Below are positions 46,894 to 54,982 of a DNA stretch of 64,000 bases, piece after piece (within the stretch, counting starts at the first letter, position 1; each line of letters starts with the position of its first letter). The position numbers and the translations under genes were made by a program. The DNA is taken from the IMG/VR virus record IMGVR_UViG_3300034104_005687, positions 248,001-312,000 of that record, one strand, 5' to 3'. The notes beneath the pieces were generated by a model. It did not search any database. It had not been told where the DNA came from and saw only the letters and a program-made list of their open reading frames with translations.

Positions 46894-47733
46894 ATGATTG
46901 ATATTTGCACTGTTGTATTCCAACAAGAAATTCCTGTGCTGAAATTACAGGCTCAAAGCATAGATTTGTACTGCCACGACATTGGCGTAAACTGCATTTA
47001 TGTTGTGGTCAACGATCACGACTCAGTTGTGCAACTGATTGATCCTGCATGGTGGGGCAGTATGAGCCATTTGGTTCGAGTCATACCCAGATCTGTGTTT
47101 TCAACTGACTTTGTGGACAATGGATGGGTCAGTCAGCAAGTACTCAAACTACTGGTGCCCGCCATGAGCTACAATCAGTGTACCATGGTATTGGATGCCA
47201 AAACTGTATTTGTTCAACCTGTGACATTGTCACAACTGTTTGATTCCACAGGCAAGATTGCCACAGGAACCCTGGAGCTGTATCCAGTGTTTGATGCTGC
47301 TAGACAAATTGTCAATGCCACATACAACATTGACCTACAGCATCAAATTGGACCCGGCGGCGTGCCGTTTGTGTTCAACAACAACACAGTGAGAATGATG
47401 ATTGCAGATACCACTGCACTGACTCAGCAGAACTTCCCTGAATGGTTTCAATCGCAAGGCATGCTCACAGAGTTTGTGCTGTATTCTGGTTATGTGCAAT
47501 ACCGACATGGTTCATTGACCAGTTTGTACACTACAGATCAACCATCAATACGGCCGGTAAACATGTGTCACAGTGAGGTTGCATTAGCGGATCGTATACT
47601 AGATCATATGCAGCAGGCCACCACAGTGAGCATACACCGAAACGCCTGGCCGCAGCTCACTGTGAGTCAGCAACAACAGTATCGTGATTTGCTGATCGAC
47701 AAAGGAATTACTCAAGCATGGGCACTAAAATAA
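46894..47733 (+). CDS. Glycosyltransferase-related (DUF6492-like) protein
   Basis: 'GWVSQQVLKL', 'VLDAK', 'TEFVLY'; same pattern as 50098..51114. Confidence 0.55.
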   Translation: MIDICTVVFQQEIPVLKLQAQSIDLYCHDIGVNCIYVVVNDHDSVVQLIDPAWWGSMSHLVRVIPRSVFSTDFVDNGWVSQQVLKLLVPAMSYNQCTMVLDAKTVFVQPVTLSQLFDSTGKIATGTLELYPVFDAARQIVNATYNIDLQHQIGPGGVPFVFNNNTVRMMIADTTALTQQNFPEWFQSQGMLTEFVLYSGYVQYRHGSLTSLYTTDQPSIRPVNMCHSEVALADRILDHMQQATTVSIHRNAWPQLTVSQQQQYRDLLIDKGITQAWALK

Positions 47734-48242
47734 ACGCACTGTGCATGGTTGCACACCCTGATGACTGTGTGATTTTTGCCTATAGTTATATTCACAATCA
47801 TCCAGAAATGAATTGGACCATTGGATACCTGACCTATACTGAACAAGACCCACGAGGTGCAGAGCTTGCTGCTTTTTGGCGCCGCCGAGGTATTGATACT
47901 GTGTTCTTGGGATTTGAAGATCATTGGCACGACAATGAACAAAAACAATTCACTAGATGGACAGAGGAACGTGCCGAACGAGCCTGTTGGGAGTTGGCAA
48001 AGAATTTTGATCTGGTGTTGACACATGATGAATTTGGCGACTACGGACACATACATCATGTGTTGGTACACAATTCAGTGCAATGGCATCCGCGTCTGGT
48101 CACATTTGCGCCACCAGGCCAAGGTACCACATACACTGTGCCTGCAGGTACATACAACCTCAATGAGTTGCCCATGCACGGTGAAATTGTGCAAGGCTTT
48201 CATCACAGTGAACACCGCAACAGTTACAAGGAAACAAAATGA
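47718..48242 (+). CDS. PIG-L/LmbE-family deacetylase
   Basis: 'VAHPDD' and 'THDEFGDYGHIHH'. Confidence 0.8.
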   Translation: MGTKINALCMVAHPDDCVIFAYSYIHNHPEMNWTIGYLTYTEQDPRGAELAAFWRRRGIDTVFLGFEDHWHDNEQKQFTRWTEERAERACWELAKNFDLVLTHDEFGDYGHIHHVLVHNSVQWHPRLVTFAPPGQGTTYTVPAGTYNLNELPMHGEIVQGFHHSEHRNSYKETK

Positions 48243-49051
48243 AATTAATGGTAGCAGGATGTAGTTATTCAGCAGTGAGTCAGCGCATGCCTGGCACCAG
48301 CTGGAGTGAGTTGCTGGCTCAACAACTAGGCTGGGACCTGACGAATCTAGCACGACAGGGTTGCAGCAACGGGGGCATACGTGTGCAGATTGATGAAATA
48401 CTGAGGCAACGTCCTGACTTTGCTGTGATCACTCCCACGTTCTGGGACAGAATGGAAATACCAGCTTCGGCAGCACCATTTGATTGGAAAAAAAGCACAG
48501 GTGGATGGAATCCAGAAATACAGCGTCACTTGCAAGATCGCACATTAAAAAATGGCTATAATCGTGACGATGGCATCAACAACGTCAACTACGGCAACAA
48601 CAACTACAACATGATCTGCGAGACTATCTACACCTTAGCAGAAAACTTTGATCATCCTTATCGTTCAGGGCTGATCAGCAAAACATCTCAGACTGCTGTA
48701 CGACACTACATAGATGGTATATATGATTCAGAATGGAAACGGCAACAAGACGAATGGATTGTTAAGTCGGGCATTTTTGAACTGCATCATGCTGGCATTG
48801 ACTTTTTGTTTGTGCCTGTGTTGTTGTGGCCCTTTGATCCTGCGTTGGGGGCAACTCAATGGCGCAAATCAATCAGTACTGCTGTGCCTGACCGCAACGT
48901 GATGTTTGACGAACGAGAATCAATATTGCCGTTGTGTGGCAACAATCCGTTTGAAGGAGAAGATCCTGGTTACCATTCGGGTGCCCGGGGCCAACAACTC
49001 ATTGCTGACAACTACTATCGCAGAATCACACAAGATTTTGGATTAGCGTAA
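48239..49051 (+). CDS. SGNH-hydrolase-like protein
   Basis: 'AGCSYS...SWSELLA...NLARQGCSN', C-terminal 'YH....Q..IA'. Confidence 0.55.
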   Translation: MKLMVAGCSYSAVSQRMPGTSWSELLAQQLGWDLTNLARQGCSNGGIRVQIDEILRQRPDFAVITPTFWDRMEIPASAAPFDWKKSTGGWNPEIQRHLQDRTLKNGYNRDDGINNVNYGNNNYNMICETIYTLAENFDHPYRSGLISKTSQTAVRHYIDGIYDSEWKRQQDEWIVKSGIFELHHAGIDFLFVPVLLWPFDPALGATQWRKSISTAVPDRNVMFDERESILPLCGNNPFEGEDPGYHSGARGQQLIADNYYRRITQDFGLA

Positions 49052-50101
49052 ATGTGGCTCAATCATGCGCTGCATTTCGGAGTATTTTTCTTGACGAAAC
49101 TCATATAGCCTGTGATGATTGTGGTCCAGGATGGATCGAGCTTGCAGTAGTATTTTCTGATGGTCTTGTTGACTCAACCATTTTACTTGCTCAAATGCAG
49201 CTTGCCAACGATCAATGTCACGTTCAATGCTGTCATAGCTTTCGTCCAGTATGGAATCAAAAGTCTTGAATCCAAAGGATCGAAGTTTTTTCAACCAGTG
49301 TGCTACGCCAAAGTGCACAAACAGTCTACGAGCATGTAGGCATTTGCCAATCTTTTCTGCCATGAGATAGCAGTCTCCAGATCCCAGTGTTTCTACCAAG
49401 ATGCTGTAGTATGTGCGATTGTATATTTCCCAGGGTTCGATGCTGCTGATAGAGTTGTCAAGATGTTCTCTTACCTCCCATGCAGGATCTAGATTTGGAC
49501 TCACATAAGGCCACACAATTTTTTGATCAGGAAATTGTTGTTGTACTTTGTCAGTGGTTTCGGTGATGTTGCCACCTACAAAAATGTCTCGGTAGGTAGC
49601 AATACTGTGATTCAGCAGTCCTGATTTTTCAAGACTCAGCATCACATAGTCTCGATGTTCTCTGCGTGTGCCACACAAACAGTCAAACAAATAAGGACGT
49701 GACAGTGGAAAATCATCACGTGGTGGGTTCCACTGTAGGAAAGTAAAACTCCACCATGGACGATACACTGTACGATGAGTCAAAGTTTCAGAAGCATACA
49801 GTCCTGCTACACTCAACAGCCAGTTGTTGGCATCGGTGGTATCAATCCAGTTGATCAACTCTGTCTGCGATCTAAACTCAATATCAGTAAACAACACCAG
49901 GTCAAACTGACTCAATTGTAGATTTTCAAATTCTGGTTTGTAAGAAAATTCTGTGGGTCGATTAAAGTACACTGGCAATACTGCAATCTTGGTAGGCTGT
50001 GCCAGTGCAGTGGCTAGATCCACTATCTGTGGATAATCAAAACCCCAATCTATGGCTTGGTAGCCCGGGCTATAAATTTTGAGTTGCGAGAAATCTGTCA
50101 T
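49043..50101 (-). CDS. Hypothetical protein, possibly glycosyltransferase-like (GT-B)
   Basis: 352 aa; 'SILVET...AEKIGK...F.TF..ILDESYD' pattern; lies in a glycan gene cluster. Confidence 0.45.
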   Translation of the reverse strand: MTDFSQLKIYSPGYQAIDWGFDYPQIVDLATALAQPTKIAVLPVYFNRPTEFSYKPEFENLQLSQFDLVLFTDIEFRSQTELINWIDTTDANNWLLSVAGLYASETLTHRTVYRPWWSFTFLQWNPPRDDFPLSRPYLFDCLCGTRREHRDYVMLSLEKSGLLNHSIATYRDIFVGGNITETTDKVQQQFPDQKIVWPYVSPNLDPAWEVREHLDNSISSIEPWEIYNRTYYSILVETLGSGDCYLMAEKIGKCLHARRLFVHFGVAHWLKKLRSFGFKTFDSILDESYDSIERDIDRWQAAFEQVKWLSQQDHQKILLQARSILDHNHHRLYEFRQEKYSEMQRMIEPHLR

Positions 50102-51114
50102 GGTTTCCAGGCCTTGTAAGTGTTACCAAACTTTTGAGTTAGGTGTTGGTCGTCTGCAGCACTGCGTCCTAACCAATGTTGATCAGGCTGTCCAGGGCAT
50201 ATTTCTTCCATAATTGAAGTCTTGATCACACCCGTAGCTTCAGAAAGCCTTTGCCGTATCTGATCCATCCACTGATCAAAGTTCTCAATTTCTTTTTTAT
50301 CCCAATCAAATCGCACACTGCGGTTAAGATCGGGCACAGCATCACAGATTGCTGTGTGATAGTCAGGATCAAACCCGCCAATCTTGGTCATATCATCATA
50401 CATGTACCTGTGCTGTGGCTCTGTAGAGATCTCTCTGCGACTCATGGTCCAGTTGCCCAGTAATTCGTACTCAGACAACCAGCGTATGAGTTCACCTTTG
50501 CCCCAGGGTGGCACAGTGGCTTCTCCTGGACAGTTGTCCACAATGGCGTCTAACCATTTGATGTGATGACGTTGTTCCAGGAACAGTCGTAGATCAGTGA
50601 TGTCTTGTTTGAGTACAGGCACATATTCAGAAATAAAGCAGTGAGGTGTTTGTCTTTCAATTCCCAAAGCGTTTTTGATAGTTTCGTAGTAACCCCAGCT
50701 GTGTCGTTGATTTTCCAGTACCATGTAATTCAACTTGCCGTTCTTGAACGGTTCATAATCGCGAATCAAGATACAGTCAGGGTCGTTCATGACCATGAGA
50801 TCATAATCTAGGTAATCCAAAAAAGCCATCTTGATGGCCTGTTGTCGCAGCCACCAACCCCGATAGTCATCTTCAAACACCCAGTTGTTGACTTCGGGAT
50901 ACAGTCTGTAGATTTCTGAGTCGGGCGCATAATCAAAGTTAGTGGTATCAATGCCGTATTTTTCAAATACGGGCCATAGTTCTTCTTTGGGCACAGGACT
51001 GGCAATACAGGTTCTGTCTACACCAATCAGGTGCCGGCTAAACTCTGATTGCAACGCCATCACAGCGTGCGGCACACGATAACGTGCAAGGTATACAATT
51101 TTTGCTGATGTCAT
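50098..51114 (-). CDS. Glycosyltransferase-related (DUF6492-like) protein
   Basis: 'GWWLRQQAIKM', 'NDPD', 'SEYELLG'. Confidence 0.55.
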   Translation of the reverse strand: MTSAKIVYLARYRVPHAVMALQSEFSRHLIGVDRTCIASPVPKEELWPVFEKYGIDTTNFDYAPDSEIYRLYPEVNNWVFEDDYRGWWLRQQAIKMAFLDYLDYDLMVMNDPDCILIRDYEPFKNGKLNYMVLENQRHSWGYYETIKNALGIERQTPHCFISEYVPVLKQDITDLRLFLEQRHHIKWLDAIVDNCPGEATVPPWGKGELIRWLSEYELLGNWTMSRREISTEPQHRYMYDDMTKIGGFDPDYHTAICDAVPDLNRSVRFDWDKKEIENFDQWMDQIRQRLSEATGVIKTSIMEEICPGQPDQHWLGRSAADDQHLTQKFGNTYKAWKP

Positions 51115-51710
51115 AATATTTCTTTGAATTGATCACGATGCCACAACGACATGTTGTTGGCATCACAGTCTGTGACCTGATCCAGCGGGACAGGAAAGTT
51201 CCAGGGTGGCAACTGCCAGTTGACACCAGATGATGGAAAATGTTCTGCAGAGTATTCAATATCAACGTTTTGACCAATGTATGTTTGGTGTGTGATAAGA
51301 ATCCAAGGAACACTGCTGTTGTACCAGTTGAGCCATAATTGACGACAATCATGATTGTTGAGATGTATAGCAACATCTCTCACAAACAGCAAATCAACTT
51401 TGGGTATGGGATCTGTGGTCACATCGTGTAACACAACATCAAGCTCAGGATGGCGATGCCAAGCATCTGCAACCATGGCCAAACTGATATCGCCCCCTTG
51501 GTACTGCACAAACTGTCCCACTCTCTTCATCCAATTGCAGTCGTTACACCCAGCATCAAAAATACTGGATATATTATGTTTCTTAAAAAGTTCAATAATG
51601 TTGTCACGTAAGCGTTGTGTACCGGGCACACTACTGGCCCCTGTTAAATTGCCAGCAGTATGAGTTGGTGAATACAACTTTGAAAATATTTTTTGTAAGG
51701 TTAGATTCAT
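51111..51710 (-). CDS. Class I SAM-dependent methyltransferase
   Basis: 'IFDAGCND.NW', 'GGDIS', 'DLLFVRDVAIHL'. Confidence 0.75.
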   Translation of the reverse strand: MNLTLQKIFSKLYSPTHTAGNLTGASSVPGTQRLRDNIIELFKKHNISSIFDAGCNDCNWMKRVGQFVQYQGGDISLAMVADAWHRHPELDVVLHDVTTDPIPKVDLLFVRDVAIHLNNHDCRQLWLNWYNSSVPWILITHQTYIGQNVDIEYSAEHFPSSGVNWQLPPWNFPVPLDQVTDCDANNMSLWHRDQFKEIL

Positions 51711-52759
51711 ATCTTGTTGCAGGTTTTAACGCACTGGTATGTTCTACCTTGTGCTATGCTATTTAATTGCCATGTTTGTTCCACACGATCAAACCATTCA
51801 AGACATTGAGTCAATGGATATTCCAGTGCGTTGTTTTGATGTATCAGCGTGGCCAGTTCTTGATTACCAGGATGATTCATTTGTCCCGGATAGAATCCCA
51901 AAAAGCAACAAGGGTACACAGATCCGTTGGCGGCCACATAGATTTCTCGGTTGCGTTTGTGAATACACTGTATGTCAAGATCGGGCGTGTCCTTGGCTTC
52001 TTTGACAGTTTTGGAATCGTACCAAGTAACATGATTTTCTAACAAGGGTTTGATATCTCTAGGAGTCCCGTTGAATCCAGGATCGTTACCAATTTGATGA
52101 CTAAACTCTCCAGTGCGTGTAAATGCAGGGCCGTTGTCTCTGCCGTCGTATATGTTTTCAAACTTGGCAAACCCAAGCTGTTGTGCCATGTTTCTACAGG
52201 CCTGTTCTTGATGACGATTATGTTCAAATGGAACAAATCTCCATACTGCACGACCGCCTGCTTGGATAAAGGCAGAGGCATGTTCAATGATTCTATGCCA
52301 GTCAGTGTCTTGACGATATAAAGAATGAGTATCTGCTAGTCCGTCAATTGCCCAACCAATTTCTACTCCTGACATAGCCAATCGAGCCCACCATTCAGAG
52401 TTGCGCACACTGCCATTGGTATTGATTGCCACAGGCACGCCGTGGTCAACTAGATACTTGACTATTTCTGCGCCGTCTCGCGCTGATCCAAAATCCCCAA
52501 GATTACCGTTGAAAGAAAATCCGTGCGAGAATCCATATGACACAGGAACACGCCCGTTGACAGGAGGATCAGGCTGCATGATACTGGCCAATATTTCAGG
52601 AGTAAAAATTTGTTGAAATTGAACTAAGTTGAGTTCACACACAGGATAACCTGAATTAAAATCCATGCCTCTATAGTTGCGCATGCACATAGGACAACGA
52701 GCATTGCATCTTGTGGTTAACTCAACGTGGACTCTACGTATCTGATTTAGTTTTAACAT
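51707..52759 (-). CDS. Radical SAM protein with SPASM/twitch-like C-terminus
   Basis: CxxxCxxC 'CNARCPMC', 'NTNGS', 'IYVAANGSVYPCC', terminal 'CVKTC'. Confidence 0.88.
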   Translation of the reverse strand: MLKLNQIRRVHVELTTRCNARCPMCMRNYRGMDFNSGYPVCELNLVQFQQIFTPEILASIMQPDPPVNGRVPVSYGFSHGFSFNGNLGDFGSARDGAEIVKYLVDHGVPVAINTNGSVRNSEWWARLAMSGVEIGWAIDGLADTHSLYRQDTDWHRIIEHASAFIQAGGRAVWRFVPFEHNRHQEQACRNMAQQLGFAKFENIYDGRDNGPAFTRTGEFSHQIGNDPGFNGTPRDIKPLLENHVTWYDSKTVKEAKDTPDLDIQCIHKRNREIYVAANGSVYPCCFLGFYPGQMNHPGNQELATLIHQNNALEYPLTQCLEWFDRVEQTWQLNSIAQGRTYQCVKTCNKI

Positions 52760-52766
52760 TGTAGAA

Positions 52767-52794
52767 TATTTATAGGCGTAGTTTTTGATAAATA
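52767..52794. promoter_or_regulatory. Divergent pair of late-type promoters
   Basis: TATAAATA on the - strand (52767-52774) before the radical SAM gene; GATAAATA on the + strand (52787-52794) before ATG 52800. Confidence 0.6.
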
Positions 52795-52799
52795 TTCTT

Positions 52800-53096
52800 A
52801 TGAAAAGTCAGTTTGTCAAATTGGTGTTCGATGTATACTGTCGTTGGAGTGACACTCCTCCACGATATCGTTGCTATGTTGAAGACGAGTTGTTTGCTGA
52901 ACGAACATGGACATGGCAAGGTGTTCATCTTGAAGAAGCATTTCAGATACAGGCACCGCCGGGTCGATACAAAATAAGATATGAGTTGTTGGATACTGAA
53001 AAAGCAGAACTGCGTCTGCGCAACGGCAGAGTAGAAGTGGGATCAGCTGTGTTGCACAAAGGTGATGTGTTGGAGATAATCAATGAAAATGCGTGA
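52800..53096 (+). CDS. Hypothetical protein (98 aa)
   Basis: ORF after a late-type promoter. Confidence 0.6.
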   Translation: MKSQFVKLVFDVYCRWSDTPPRYRCYVEDELFAERTWTWQGVHLEEAFQIQAPPGRYKIRYELLDTEKAELRLRNGRVEVGSAVLHKGDVLEIINENA

Positions 53097-53280
53097 AATT
53101 ATGGAAACGGCCAGTGGTGGTGCCAGTGCAGGTGTTACATCAGCTGGCAGTATGGCTCCGGCTATAGGCAACATGGGCATGTTGTCAAGAACAGGCTCAG
53201 GCCTACTGACAGGTAAATATACATCAGAGCCGACGCCTAACACGCCGGCCAAATACAAAAGGAAAAAACGTGCTAGTTGA
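53083..53280 (+). CDS. Small putative head peptide (MKMREIME leader, basic tail)
   Basis: Leader resembles the other CTS-like leaders; Gly/Ser/Ala-rich with a Lys/Arg tail. Confidence 0.55.
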   Translation: MKMREIMETASGGASAGVTSAGSMAPAIGNMGMLSRTGSGLLTGKYTSEPTPNTPAKYKRKKRAS

Positions 53281-53713
53281 TGATTTAAAAACACTGTTGG
53301 CCACCCAATATGCTTATGTGCTCAAGGCACAGTTGTTTCATTGGAACGTTGAAGGCCCAGACTTTGCCCAACTACACAAATTTTTTGGCAAGATATACGA
53401 AGAAGTGTACGAAAATTCTATAGATCAAACCGCAGAATTTATTCGCATACTTGACGACTACACCCCAGGCAGCTTTGAACGTTTTGCTGAACTCAGTTTG
53501 ATTCCTGGTCAAACCAAAATCCCGCGTGCTCGACTCATGATTGAAGAACTGTTCAATGACTCAGAGCAATTGATTGCATTGTTGAATCAGTGTTTTGATG
53601 TGTCTGAAGCCGAAGATCAACAAGGCATTTGTGATTTCCTTGCTGGTCGTATTGATGCCATGGGCAAGCACCGTTGGATGCTGAGAAGTTTCTTGAAAGA
53701 CCAACGAGCATGA
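53270..53713 (+). CDS. dps: Dps / ferritin-like DNA-protecting protein
   Basis: 'HWNVEGPDFAQLHKFF..IYEE....D..AE' ferroxidase motif and 'KHRWML'. Confidence 0.9.
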   Translation: MLVDDLKTLLATQYAYVLKAQLFHWNVEGPDFAQLHKFFGKIYEEVYENSIDQTAEFIRILDDYTPGSFERFAELSLIPGQTKIPRARLMIEELFNDSEQLIALLNQCFDVSEAEDQQGICDFLAGRIDAMGKHRWMLRSFLKDQRA

Positions 53714-54459
53714 CCGTAGATATTCGCACCATATTGCAACGCATTACAGCCATTGAAGAAGGTGCAACCACACCAGCTGTGGTCAAGCACGGGCTAAATC
53801 CTCAACAGAAGTCAGTGCCGCAGTTGCCTGCATTGTTCAAGCCTAGATCTATCAAAGCATTGGGTGCAAAGACTGATCCGCAGCATCCCATGAAAGGGTA
53901 TGCTGTGGGTGCAGATGAAAGTGCAGAGTCCAAGAAGTCTGCCTTGGAAGAAGCCATGGCCCAGGTAGAAGAAGACATGCTGAGCAAAGTCAAAGCTGAT
54001 CTCAACAGCTACCTAGACAGATTAGAAAACAAATTGGCCGGTGATGATGGCCAGCGCGACAAAGGCACACCTGACTTGGATCGTCTAGAAAAGAAAACTC
54101 GCATCGACCGAGACCTAATAGACAAGGCTGTGAATGCTATTGAAAAAGGCCAGGCTGAAAGCGACCAAGCAGTTGCAGAAGATCCCACACAACAAGACTC
54201 TATGTCTGCGGCGCCACCTGTGCCTGTTGAAGATCCTGTGTTGCCTGAATCAGCAGGTCCTGTGTTCACAGTGGAAATGAGTGACGGATCATGTTTAGAA
54301 TGTTGGGGCGACGAAGGACGCGGTTTTGAAGTACGCAGACAAGGTCGTTCTATGCCTAGTCGTTTCCCCAAAGTTGATCATGCTAAGATGGCCATGGACC
54401 TGTTTAGGAATCAGTGGGAACGACAAGACCGTGGGCAGGATTACATAGAGGAACACTGA
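53710..54459 (+). CDS. Hypothetical modular acidic protein (putative head protein)
   Basis: 'IRTILQRITAIEE', with LEE/VAE/LPE-delimited segments. Confidence 0.55.
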   Translation: MTVDIRTILQRITAIEEGATTPAVVKHGLNPQQKSVPQLPALFKPRSIKALGAKTDPQHPMKGYAVGADESAESKKSALEEAMAQVEEDMLSKVKADLNSYLDRLENKLAGDDGQRDKGTPDLDRLEKKTRIDRDLIDKAVNAIEKGQAESDQAVAEDPTQQDSMSAAPPVPVEDPVLPESAGPVFTVEMSDGSCLECWGDEGRGFEVRRQGRSMPSRFPKVDHAKMAMDLFRNQWERQDRGQDYIEEH

Positions 54460-54494
54460 AATACTGCCGATGAAATATCAGTAGCAAACAAGAA

Positions 54495-54580
54495 CACCCT
54501 TAGGACCGCACTTGTTGCGAGGGCGCCCGGCTGCTGGGCGTGGTAATCCGATTCGCTACCGGAACCCACTAAGTGAGCAA
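54495..54580 (+). ncRNA. Candidate small structured RNA motif
   Basis: Intergenic and GC-rich; three adjacent stems plus a possible pseudoknot. Confidence 0.5.
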
Positions 54581-54597
54581 ATACCCTCAACAGAGGC

Positions 54598-54626
54598 TTG
54601 ACTTCGGCCGCTGTTTCATTTATACT
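54598..54626 (+). promoter_or_regulatory. Sigma70-type promoter for the replication genes
   Basis: TTGACT-17 nt-TATACT. Confidence 0.7.
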
Positions 54627-54649
54627 AGTGTTTTAAACAGGAGTATTGT

Positions 54650-54910
54650 ATGGAACAAAAAACATTCAACGGTGAACAAAAGATCAAACTGATTCAAATC
54701 ATCAACGAAGGTATGCAGGTCACTCAAGAAATTGAAACTCTAACCGGCGGCCTCAATGACACCATCAAGGCTGTGGCCGAAGAACTGGAAATCAAACCAG
54801 GTGTACTGAAAAAAGCCATCAAGCTGGCACACAAGGCCGAATTTGGCAAAGCCAAACAAGACCACGAACTGCTGGAAACAATTTTAGAAACTGTTGGCAA
54901 GACCTTATAA
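54650..54910 (+). CDS. Small helical dsDNA-binding-like protein (T4 DsbA/GapR-like)
   Basis: 86 aa, coiled-coil, 'IKAVAEELEIKPGVLKKAIKLAHK'; AGGAG RBS. Confidence 0.5.
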   Translation: MEQKTFNGEQKIKLIQIINEGMQVTQEIETLTGGLNDTIKAVAEELEIKPGVLKKAIKLAHKAEFGKAKQDHELLETILETVGKTL

Positions 54911-54956
54911 ATATCTGTTTCAACAGCGAGTCGCTACCGTAAGCAGCATGAATCAC

Positions 54957-54978
54957 GGCCTTCCGGCCATAAACGGAG
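54957..54978 (+). promoter_or_regulatory. Candidate H-type pseudoknot/hairpin sequestering the PolB ribosome-binding site
   Basis: GGC-C-TTCCG-GCC-ATAAA-CGGAG, where TTCCG can pair with the Shine-Dalgarno CGGAG. Confidence 0.45.
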
Positions 54979-54982
54979 AACA

